A DNA stretch of 63,997 bases, filler included, from Thermoplasmatota archaeon (GTDB taxonomy: Archaea; Thermoplasmatota; E2; JACPAO01; JAHFTW01): the NCBI GenBank assembly GCA_041623215.1. It is 6 parts of 6 records of this genome, joined end to end, with 100 filler letters (N's around TTAATTAATTAA, not from the genome) between each part and the next. Parts side by side here need not be neighbours in the genome. Positions count along the whole stretch, not along the records: positions 47,101 to 58,164 come from JBFJXH010000056.1; positions 58,265 to 63,997 come from JBFJXH010000112.1; 4 more parts are not named here. The stretch is one strand, 5' to 3'. The notes beneath the pieces are model-generated. The model was not told the origin of the DNA and made no database searches. It saw only the letters and a list, made by a program, of their open reading frames with translations. Positions 56,146 through 63,997 of the stretch are shown here, one piece after another. Numbering within the stretch: position 1 is the first letter of the stretch; each line of letters opens with the position of its first letter. Made by a program: the position numbers and the translations under genes.

Positions 56146-56622
56146 CTAGGCAAGCCCTGCGATGGCGGCCTGCTCCAACCCATCGCCTTGCGCCGCTGCT
56201 TTCACGGTGCCTGCGCCATCCAGAACGACGACCGCCGCCTGGCTATTGGCATCATCGATGCCAAAAGCGCCACCCACGGCATTGTCAAAATCAGCGCAAA
56301 TGACGACGTAGTCCGGTGCCTTGTCCTCGCCTAGCTTCTCAGCCAGGCGATTGTATTGCTGGCCAATTTGCGCACTGGCCAGCTTCTTGAACATGCCAGC
56401 CATGGCTCGTAGGTCTACGATGTTCGCCACCACGACGTCCGGATTTGGGTGCTCGGCTCGCACCGCCTTGCCAATGGCTTTGGGAGCATCCGTAGTTTTG
56501 GGTCCGTGGAACACGAGAACGGCTTGCTTGCCCGCCAACGATTCCTTACTGATGGTGCGGCCACTGACCGCGGCGGCAATCGTGAAGTCGGGCGCGTCGG
56601 TGCCAGGTGAGGGTAGGCTCAT
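56146..56622 (-). CDS. Thioredoxin-fold (redoxin-like) protein without CxxC
   Basis: PGTDAPDFT..., LAGK..VLVF, AD.D..V..AFG, VVLDG.GTV. Confidence 0.65.
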   Translation of the reverse strand: MSLPSPGTDAPDFTIAAAVSGRTISKESLAGKQAVLVFHGPKTTDAPKAIGKAVRAEHPNPDVVVANIVDLRAMAGMFKKLASAQIGQQYNRLAEKLGEDKAPDYVVICADFDNAVGGAFGIDDANSQAAVVVLDGAGTVKAAAQGDGLEQAAIAGLA

Positions 56623-56647
56623 CGACCGGCTAGAGGCGTTGCCCGTT

Positions 56648-57457
56648 TTAGGACCGGCGGCCTGGCAGCCATTGCTTGGCAAGAACAAGGCCAATCAATC
56701 CCGCAGCCAAGATTACCGGCGAAATCCCAGGTGAGAAGAAGCCGTTTGATTCGCGCGGGGGGTCATTGGGGACGAATGTCACGATGTAGGCTGTGCCCGA
56801 AGCGAAGGTATGGGTTTGTTGGGGACCTTCCGCGGTGGCCACGGACCACTCGGCTGGGGCCGTGGCTACTACGGTTTCAATGACGGAGACGCCGCCGTCG
56901 GGATTGGGTGTCGCAGCCGGGCCCCAGTGCAGGCTAATGCTGCGCGCATGCTGGGCCACGTTCCAATCTTCGCCGTAGTCGCGAATAGGATCCGTGAACC
57001 AGTAGGTCCAGGTCTCGCGCACAATCTTGCCTGCGCGTTGGGTCACGGGCCCTTCGAAGTTCACGAGTTTCGTACGGTTTTCGGCAGCAACCAGATCGGC
57101 TGCGGCATCGCCGGAATAAGCGCCTTGGTTGAATTCAGCAAACAGGTTGACAATGCGATGATCCGGAACGTCTCTGCCGGAAACATTCTGCCAGCTACGC
57201 AACTCATACGCAGCCACCTCGGCCGTTGTCACGGTGCCGTCGCCATCGCTGTCAACGTTGGAGGTTAGGTTCTCCCACTGGCGGTCGTCGAACAACAGGT
57301 CGTAAGCAACGCTGGCTGCTGTGAGACGGTCGTGCAACGTGATCTGGATGATGCATTCGTCCCCGGGGCTGTTTTGGGCGGCAGCCGGCGGCATCGCCAT
57401 CATGGCAACCACAAGCGCCAGGGCGGGAACCAGAGGCAAGCCGAAAAGGCGATTCAC
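56648..57457 (-). CDS. Secreted protein with EF-hand-like loop and C-terminal TM
   Basis: Signal peptide; DSDGDGTVTTAE; SPGI followed by a hydrophobic tail. Confidence 0.7.
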   Translation of the reverse strand: MNRLFGLPLVPALALVVAMMAMPPAAAQNSPGDECIIQITLHDRLTAASVAYDLLFDDRQWENLTSNVDSDGDGTVTTAEVAAYELRSWQNVSGRDVPDHRIVNLFAEFNQGAYSGDAAADLVAAENRTKLVNFEGPVTQRAGKIVRETWTYWFTDPIRDYGEDWNVAQHARSISLHWGPAATPNPDGGVSVIETVVATAPAEWSVATAEGPQQTHTFASGTAYIVTFVPNDPPRESNGFFSPGISPVILAAGLIGLVLAKQWLPGRRS

Positions 57458-57507
57458 GGCAGTCCACCGCCAGGGCGGCACTTCAAGCTTGGCGGTGCCG
57501 TGTCTGG

Positions 57508-58164
57508 CTATGGTGAATTGTTGGCCACATGTCGGCCGCCATCCACGTGCAGGGTTTCACCGGTGACATAGTCGGCCTTCAGTAGGTAGCAAACGGCGGA
57601 GGCCACTTCCTGGGGCGTCCCCGCACGGCCAATCAGCGTGGCGTCCACGGCCCGTGCCATGTCTGCCTTGGCATCCGGCGAACCGTCCGTTGGGGCAAGA
57701 ATGGGACCGGGTGCAACGGCATTGACGCGAACCGGAGCAAGCTCCCGCGCAAGCGTCCGCGTCATTCGTGCCAAGGCCTGTTTGGAAAGATGGTAGGCCA
57801 CATGGTCCGGGTCATGCGAGTCGACGCGTGTGTCGGTGATATTGACCACAGCCGTACCGCCGTTCTTGGCCAGCCGGCGCGCCAGGACCAATGGCGACCA
57901 GGCATGCAGACGCATCATGGTCTCGAGGTGGTCCAGTTGGACCTCGTGTAGCGACCCGCGCAAAAATTGGCTGGCATTGTTCACGACGTAATCGAGCTTG
58001 GTGCCGGCCTGGGCGCATGCCTCGTCGAATAACGCGTCTGCCCCGTCGGGCGTCGCCAGGTCTGCCTGGACCAGCCAGGCCTGCTGGCCAAGTTCGGTGA
58101 CGGCCGCGAGGGTGCCGTTGGCCGGCGCCCGGTTGTAATGCACGACAATGTCGTGGCCATCGGC
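57508..58164 (-). CDS. SDR oxidoreductase, pteridine-reductase-like (5' truncated)
   Basis: VVHYN, ADL, VNNAS, YHLSK, RVNAVAPG, VTGETLHVDGG. Confidence 0.88.
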   Translation of the reverse strand, partial: ADGHDIVVHYNRAPANGTLAAVTELGQQAWLVQADLATPDGADALFDEACAQAGTKLDYVVNNASQFLRGSLHEVQLDHLETMMRLHAWSPLVLARRLAKNGGTAVVNITDTRVDSHDPDHVAYHLSKQALARMTRTLARELAPVRVNAVAPGPILAPTDGSPDAKADMARAVDATLIGRAGTPQEVASAVCYLLKADYVTGETLHVDGGRHVANNSP

Positions 58165-58264
58165 NNNNNNNNNNNNNNNNNNNNNNNNNNNNNNNNNNNN
58201 NNNNNNNNTTAATTAATTAANNNNNNNNNNNNNNNNNNNNNNNNNNNNNNNNNNNNNNNNNNNN
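58165..58264. other. Artificial contig linker
   Basis: N run + TTAATTAATTAA + N run. Confidence 0.99.
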
Positions 58265-59614
58265 CCGGACACGTATGACTACGAAATCGGCCTCTTCAAG
58301 GCCGCCACGGCTCGCGAGTCAGGCGGCGTCCGCGAGAGTTACGATGACCCCTTCTCCATCGAACAGCGCCAAGACAACGGCTCCCGACACACGATTCACG
58401 AACTCTACCTCGCCTACGTGCAGCCAGAAGAGGTGGATGACGAACCGGAGCCGGCAGGCAATGCCACCGGCAATTCCACCGGAGAGGCCCTTGGTGAAGG
58501 CGAAGATGGCAACCTAACCTTCGACCTCAACCGAACCGACTACGTCGTCGCAGCATGGCTCGAAACGGCCCAAGAGCCCGGAAACAGCAGCATGCGGTAC
58601 GCCGGATTCATTGACTTCGCCTTCACAGAAACGGGCGGACGCAACAATTGGACCCGCCTGAATGAAACGCAAATCATCGGGCCCTGCAAGGACTACAGCA
58701 ACATCGAGGCTTGGGACGGCTTGGTGTACGTTGCCTGCAACGTGGCGAAGGGCTACGACCACCGGCCACGCGCCCGGATTGGTGACATTGATGTCTGGAG
58801 TTTCGACCCCACCACGGGCGAAACGGAACTTCTGGGCACCACCGGCCTCAATGGTGGGCGTCCCCGGCTCGCCATTGCCGACGACGGCTACATGGGCATT
58901 GTCACCAGCCGCTGGCACAGCATGCAACAAGTCGAGGTGCGCATGGCTGCCGGCTGGTACGGGTACCAATGGGAGCCGCTACCCGGCGACTTAGGTGGGC
59001 GCCTGCACACGTGGCTTGGCGGCCACGACATGTGGGATGCCGACGTGACCGCAGTCGAAATGACGCGTGACCACGTCATCTGGATTAGCTACAAGGAGTG
59101 GAACAACCGCACCCAGGACAATCTGCCCGAACCGGACCCGTCGGACCCCAGCAACCTGGATGGCGTTCGCTTGGTGGACTTCCGTAAGATGGTCTTTGCC
59201 ACCGACATGTGCAGTGGCCCCATAGCTGGCGTTGAGATGCAATTGGGCACGCAAGTGGATGCCTACAACTATGACATCTACAGCCAGGACCCGGGTGCCT
59301 TCAATGACCACCAAGACGGTCTTCACCGCGCTATCGACCCACTTACCGGCCAGGAATTCCTGTACTTCGCTGTGAACGATTACGGGGCGATGCAATTCGG
59401 CGCCATGTACTTGGAGGGCCAGCCTGGCTTCTGCCCGCCTCCGCCCCCACCACTCAATCCCGGCATCCTGCCGGTGCCACAGGCCCTCTCTGTGGCAAGC
59501 CCCAACACCGCCATCATCGGCAGCGCCTTCGGCGTGGCTAGTGTGGCGGCCATTACGTACCTACTAGCCGTCAAACGGCGCAACCCGATCGCCGCCGTCG
59601 CGGAGGACCGATGA
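58265..59614 (+). CDS. Membrane-anchored surface protein (5' truncated)
   Basis: Open from the contig start; beta-rich; poly-Pro stalk; C-terminal TM followed by KRR. Confidence 0.75.
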   Translation, partial: PDTYDYEIGLFKAATARESGGVRESYDDPFSIEQRQDNGSRHTIHELYLAYVQPEEVDDEPEPAGNATGNSTGEALGEGEDGNLTFDLNRTDYVVAAWLETAQEPGNSSMRYAGFIDFAFTETGGRNNWTRLNETQIIGPCKDYSNIEAWDGLVYVACNVAKGYDHRPRARIGDIDVWSFDPTTGETELLGTTGLNGGRPRLAIADDGYMGIVTSRWHSMQQVEVRMAAGWYGYQWEPLPGDLGGRLHTWLGGHDMWDADVTAVEMTRDHVIWISYKEWNNRTQDNLPEPDPSDPSNLDGVRLVDFRKMVFATDMCSGPIAGVEMQLGTQVDAYNYDIYSQDPGAFNDHQDGLHRAIDPLTGQEFLYFAVNDYGAMQFGAMYLEGQPGFCPPPPPPLNPGILPVPQALSVASPNTAIIGSAFGVASVAAITYLLAVKRRNPIAAVAEDR

Positions 59615-61542
59615 TGAAACAACGACTGAGCCATGTGGACCCCCATGATTGGGTGGCCGCACAGAAGATCAAGACCACGGCTGACGTGAAACTGCCCCAG
59701 CGCCTCATTGACGAAGTCATCGGCCAAGAAGAAGCGGTGGCCGTAGCCAAGAAGGCCGCCCGGCAAAGCCGGCATTTACTGCTCTTGGGCGACCCTGGCA
59801 CGGGGAAGTCCATGATTGCGAAGGCCATGGCCGAACTGCTGCCGGAAAGCCACTTGGACGACGTTCTAGTTCGCGCCAACGCCAAGGACGAAAACCAGCC
59901 GTTGGTTGAAATCCACAAGGGCGGCGAAGGTCGAGCCCTGATGTTGGAAGAAGTGAAGCAGGCCAAGAAGAAGGCACGTGTCTACACGTTTGCCGAATGG
60001 GGCATGGCTGGCTTGTTCGTCTTCGCTGGACTGTACGGCCTCATCGCTCTTGGTGGCTTCCAAGGCCTGATGGCCGTGCTTCTTGCGACTCTCGTGGCGG
60101 TGTTCTTCCTGCACGTGGCCCGGCAAAACCGGGGCAACGTGGCAAAGGACGTTCCCAACCTGCTCATCGAGCGACCCGACACGCCCATTCCGGCGCCCTA
60201 TGTCGACGGTACCGGCAGCCATGCCGGTGCCCTTCTAGGCGATGTGCGCCACGACCCGTTCCAGTCCGGTGGGCTCCAGACGCCCACGCACGAACGCGTT
60301 GAGCCCGGTGCCATCCACCGCGCCCACGGTGGTTTGCTGTTCATTGATGAAATCAACGTGCTCCGGCTGGACTCGCAACAAGCACTCCTTACCGCCATGC
60401 AAGAGGGCAAGTACGCCATCACGGGCCAATCGGACAAGTCAAGCGGTGCCATGACGCGAACCGAGCCGGTGCCGTGTCAGTTCATTCTAGTGGCCGCCGG
60501 CAACATGGACGTCATTGCGCCGACGGACAACCAATACACCGGCCTGCACCCCGCCCTGCGCTCGCGTATTCGAGGTTACGGCTACGAAGTGTACGTCCGC
60601 AGCGCCATGGACGACACGGATGACAATCGCTTGAAGCTCGTCCAGTTCGTCGCCCAAGAGGTTCGCCGAGATGGTAAGATTCCGCACTTTGATTCTGCTG
60701 CGACTGGCGAAATCATCCGAGAAGCCCAACGCCGCAGCGGTCACAGCGGCAAGCTCACACTGCGCCTGCGTGAACTGGGCGGCCTCGTCCGCACAGCCGG
60801 TGACCTAGCACGCGACGAAGGACGTGACGTTGTAACCGTCGAGGACGTGGTTGGCGCCAAGCGCATGAGTCTCAGCCTCGAGCATCAAGTAACGCTTCGC
60901 GGCATTGAACTTACGACGGCCAAGGAAGCCATGGATACCTCCGGCGCCCTCGTGGGCACCAGCCGCAGCTGCGCCTTCCTTGGTACCGGCGAAACGGGCG
61001 AACCCGCCGGCATCGTGGTCCCCATTGAAGCCGATGCCACGGTTAGCAGTAACAAGAACCGCGGCACGCTCTTCGTCGGCGGAGGCTTGGATCGGAACAA
61101 CACCATTCAGGACAACGTGGGGGCGCTTCTGAAGCGTCTGCGCGGAGCCGACATGGCTGGCATTGACTTGCACGCACAGGCGCTGCTTGAACAACCGTCG
61201 GCCGACGTTGGCGCACTCGGCGCGGCGACGGCCGTCGCTTGCATCAGCGCCCTGGAGGGACTCCCCGTCCACCAAGATGTTGTCGTCATTGGCAACCTTG
61301 GTGTGAGTGGCCGGCTGCGCAGCGTCGAAGGCATCACTCAAATGATTGAGGCCGCCGCCGACCTCGGCTACTCCACGGCCGTAGTCCCGGCGGGCAATGC
61401 CACGGACGTGCTTCTGGAACATGGCTACGAGGACCGCATCAAGGTGGTCTTTGAAGATCACATGGCGGGCGTCGTAGCCCACGCCCTGAAGGCACCCAAG
61501 ACGCGCGTCAAGCTGGTCCAAAACGCCTTGCAGCGCAAGTAG
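59611..61542 (+). CDS. LonB-family membrane AAA+ protein with non-catalytic protease domain
   Basis: VIGQEEA, GDPGTGKS, two TMs, GALLGDVRHDPFQSGGL, LFIDE, HPALRSRIRGYG, LRLRELGGLVR. Dyad positions are Ala535 and Met578. Confidence 0.93.
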   Translation: MMKQRLSHVDPHDWVAAQKIKTTADVKLPQRLIDEVIGQEEAVAVAKKAARQSRHLLLLGDPGTGKSMIAKAMAELLPESHLDDVLVRANAKDENQPLVEIHKGGEGRALMLEEVKQAKKKARVYTFAEWGMAGLFVFAGLYGLIALGGFQGLMAVLLATLVAVFFLHVARQNRGNVAKDVPNLLIERPDTPIPAPYVDGTGSHAGALLGDVRHDPFQSGGLQTPTHERVEPGAIHRAHGGLLFIDEINVLRLDSQQALLTAMQEGKYAITGQSDKSSGAMTRTEPVPCQFILVAAGNMDVIAPTDNQYTGLHPALRSRIRGYGYEVYVRSAMDDTDDNRLKLVQFVAQEVRRDGKIPHFDSAATGEIIREAQRRSGHSGKLTLRLRELGGLVRTAGDLARDEGRDVVTVEDVVGAKRMSLSLEHQVTLRGIELTTAKEAMDTSGALVGTSRSCAFLGTGETGEPAGIVVPIEADATVSSNKNRGTLFVGGGLDRNNTIQDNVGALLKRLRGADMAGIDLHAQALLEQPSADVGALGAATAVACISALEGLPVHQDVVVIGNLGVSGRLRSVEGITQMIEAAADLGYSTAVVPAGNATDVLLEHGYEDRIKVVFEDHMAGVVAHALKAPKTRVKLVQNALQRK

Positions 61543-61663
61543 CTGCCTCACAGGCCTCAACGACGCCACGGCGCGGGTCCGGGACCAAGGTCCCCGCTGC
61601 CCGGGTGCCCCTTCGCCGCTGGCTGCCCTTTCCCTTTAACCCCGGCCGCCAACTGCCGCCCCC

Positions 61664-63157
61664 GTGTTCAAGTCGCTGCTGGTTGCCAACCGAGGCGAGA
61701 TTGCGTGTCGCGTGATTCGCGCGGCCAAAGCGCTGGGTGTGCGGACGATTGCCGTCTATTCAGACGCCGACCGAGGTGCCCTCCACACGCGGCTGGCCGA
61801 TGAGGCGATTCACGTCGGCCCCGCCCCCAGTAGCCAAAGCTACCTGGTCGTGGACAACATCTTGGCTGCCGCCAAGGAATCAGGCGCGCAAGCCATTCAC
61901 CCCGGTTACGGATTCTTGTCGGAAAACGCGGACTTTGCGCGCGCCGTCCAGGCTGCCGGAATCGTTTGGGTGGGCCCCCCGCCGGAGGCAATGGACCGGA
62001 TGGGCGACAAGACGCAGGCGCGAGCCGAGGCGGAAGCAGCAGGCGTTCCCGTGGCTCCTGGCAGCCCCGCGTTGGCCGATGCACAGGACGCCGCCACGTG
62101 GGCAAGCAAGGTAGGCTACCCAGTCATGCTCAAGGCGGCCGCGGGCGGCGGCGGCATGGGGATGCGCGTGGTCCACGACGCCAGCGTCATCCAGGCGGAA
62201 TTCAAGGCGTGCCAAGATCAAGCCCGTTCGGCGTTCGGCGTCCCGGACGTGTTTCTCGAGAAATTCATTCAGCGGCCCCGCCACATCGAGGTGCAAATCT
62301 TGGCGGATGGGCACGGCAACTGCATCCACTTGTACGAGCGGGAATGCAGTATTCAGCGCCGTCATCAGAAGCTGGTGGAGGAAGCGCCCAGTCCGGCGTT
62401 AACGCAGGAACAGCGCGTCGACATTGGGGCCAAAGCGGTGGAACTTGCCAAGCGCGTGGGCTACACCAATGCGGGCACGATGGAGTTCCTGTATGAAGAT
62501 GGAAACTTCTACTTCAACGAAATGAACACGCGGATTCAGGTCGAACACCCTGTCACGGAACTCGTCACAGGCGTAGACCTCGTGCAATGGCAATTGCGCA
62601 TTGCCAGCGGCGAAGAGTTGTCGATTCGACAGTCTGACGTGGCGCTCAAAGGGCACGCCATTGAGCTTCGCATCAATGCCGAAGACCCGCGCCGCGACTT
62701 TCTTCCGACGCCGGGGCCGGTGCATCGCCTCCGGTTACCGGTCGGAGACGGCATTCGCGTGGACCACGGACTCATCGAGGGGTGGACCGTACCAGATTGC
62801 TACGACTCCATGGTGCTCAAGCTACTTGCGCACGGCCCCACTCGCCGCGAAGCCATTGACCGCGTTCTCCGGGCGACAGGGCAACTGGACGTGGATGGCG
62901 TGGGCGTCAACACGGTTTGGCACCAAGCCTTGCTCCAGGACGAAGCGTTTCTGGCGGGTGACTTGAGCACGCGCTTCTTGGAGGAACGAGATATCCTGCG
63001 ACTCGACCCTGGCCCGGACGCTCGGCGCCGGGCTGCCGCGGTGGTCGCCGCCCTAGTGAATGCACCCGGCGCTGGTCTAGCTGGCCTGCACGCCCGCCAA
63101 GCGCGACCGCCCATGGTCCAGCGCTCAAGCGGCGAGCGCACGTGGGAGGTTGCATGA
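61664..63157 (+). CDS. Biotin carboxylase subunit of an acyl-CoA carboxylase
   Basis: LVANRGEIA, HPGYGFLSEN, GGGGMG, RHIEVQ, ERECSIQRRHQK, EMNTRIQVEH, RINAED. Confidence 0.96.
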   Translation: MFKSLLVANRGEIACRVIRAAKALGVRTIAVYSDADRGALHTRLADEAIHVGPAPSSQSYLVVDNILAAAKESGAQAIHPGYGFLSENADFARAVQAAGIVWVGPPPEAMDRMGDKTQARAEAEAAGVPVAPGSPALADAQDAATWASKVGYPVMLKAAAGGGGMGMRVVHDASVIQAEFKACQDQARSAFGVPDVFLEKFIQRPRHIEVQILADGHGNCIHLYERECSIQRRHQKLVEEAPSPALTQEQRVDIGAKAVELAKRVGYTNAGTMEFLYEDGNFYFNEMNTRIQVEHPVTELVTGVDLVQWQLRIASGEELSIRQSDVALKGHAIELRINAEDPRRDFLPTPGPVHRLRLPVGDGIRVDHGLIEGWTVPDCYDSMVLKLLAHGPTRREAIDRVLRATGQLDVDGVGVNTVWHQALLQDEAFLAGDLSTRFLEERDILRLDPGPDARRRAAAVVAALVNAPGAGLAGLHARQARPPMVQRSSGERTWEVA

Positions 63158-63654
63158 TGCGAGCCGTCATCGACCTCGACGGCCACCAGTTCGACGTGAA
63201 GCTAGAGCCCATGGACTCGGACGAAGCCGACACGGCCGGGCCGCCGCGGTGGCGGGCCACGGTGGACGGTGAGGCATTCGAGGTCGTTGCAAGGGAGCCT
63301 GGCATCATGGAGTCCGGTGGCAGCATGCACACCGTGGCTCTGGCCGGCGACCAAGTCATCGTGAATGGTTCGGCTGCCAAGCTTTGCATCGAGCACTTGG
63401 ACGGCGTGGCAGGCGCCCAAGGTGCCGCCGCCGGCGACGGGACGATTCGGCCGCCCATGAATGGAACAATTGCCGATGTTCTTGTTTCGCCCGGAGATGC
63501 CGTCGGAGCCGGCGACGTGTTGTTTGTGCTGGAAGCGATGAAGATGCAAAATCAGGTCAAGGCGCCCATGGCGGGCACCGTCGCGGACGTCGGCATCAAG
63601 GTTGGCGAGACGGTAGTGCCGGCCCAGGTGGCAATTCGCATCACGGCCGCGTAG
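63154..63654 (+). CDS. Biotin carboxyl carrier protein
   Basis: PMNG, LEAMKM biotinylation motif; ATGA overlap and GGAGG SD. Confidence 0.93.
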   Translation: MMRAVIDLDGHQFDVKLEPMDSDEADTAGPPRWRATVDGEAFEVVAREPGIMESGGSMHTVALAGDQVIVNGSAAKLCIEHLDGVAGAQGAAAGDGTIRPPMNGTIADVLVSPGDAVGAGDVLFVLEAMKMQNQVKAPMAGTVADVGIKVGETVVPAQVAIRITAA

Positions 63655-63757
63655 CAGGTTCCGTGCATCCACGGCAGCGAGCCGAGCCGGCTTCCCAAAA
63701 CCTCCCAAACGGGGTTGGAGCGCCGCGCTTAACCCTCGGTCGGTCATGCCCGGCTCA

Positions 63758-63997
63758 ATGGGCGAACGCGAAGCCGGCATCCGAGCTGACATTGAGCGCC
63801 TCGAGCGTGGCGGACCCAAGAAGTACCACGACAGACTTCCGGATGAAGGGCCCGGCAAGCGCTTCGTGCGCGACCGCTTGCAGCTGTTTTTCACCGAGGG
63901 ACTAGATTTCGAGGATGGCCTCTTTGCCAACAATCTCCGGGCAGACGAGGGTCTGGCGGCCGACGGTATGGTCACCGGCACTGGGACCCTTGGCGAC
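63758..63997 (+). CDS. Acyl-CoA carboxylase carboxyltransferase subunit (runs off window; not in ORF track)
   Basis: MGERE...GGPKKYH...GKRFVRDRL...FEDGLFAN...AADGMVTGTG; CTTAAC box about 29 nt upstream. Confidence 0.88.
   Translation, partial: MGEREAGIRADIERLERGGPKKYHDRLPDEGPGKRFVRDRLQLFFTEGLDFEDGLFANNLRADEGLAADGMVTGTGTLGD

Overview
High-GC archaeal DNA. The eukaryote-type GlyRS, aIF2-beta fused to a TRAM domain, membrane LonB, thiolase/DUF35 pair and TATA-like promoters suggest an uncultured Thermoplasmatota lineage (inference). The window is not contiguous: six contigs are joined by 100-nt N/TTAATTAATTAA linkers. The four internal contigs decrease in length (11569, 11479, 11403, 11064 nt), so adjacency across linkers means nothing. 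Content: housekeeping genes (glyS, metG, pyrG, purL/purS, aIF2-beta, glpK, trxB), an acyl-CoA/beta-oxidation cluster, a biotin-dependent carboxylase cluster, and many secreted or lipoprotein beta-propeller and repeat proteins. Best leads: (1) a LonB with intact ATPase motifs but both catalytic-dyad residues replaced (S->A, K->M), coupled to a surface-protein gene; (2) an inactive RadA-like gene plus the small PolB2-partner gene, with no adjacent polymerase; (3) an identical 15-nt palindrome-containing site upstream of both converging arms of the beta-oxidation cluster; (4) a tyrosinase-like di-copper protein with a PGF-CTERM-like tail; (5) a promoter-preceded structured ncRNA candidate; (6) a 1617-aa internally duplicated propeller protein with an internal signal-like segment; (7) an ETF pair with eroded cofactor motifs. 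No tRNA, rRNA, CRISPR or IS was seen. All family calls come from motif recognition by eye; no searches were run.
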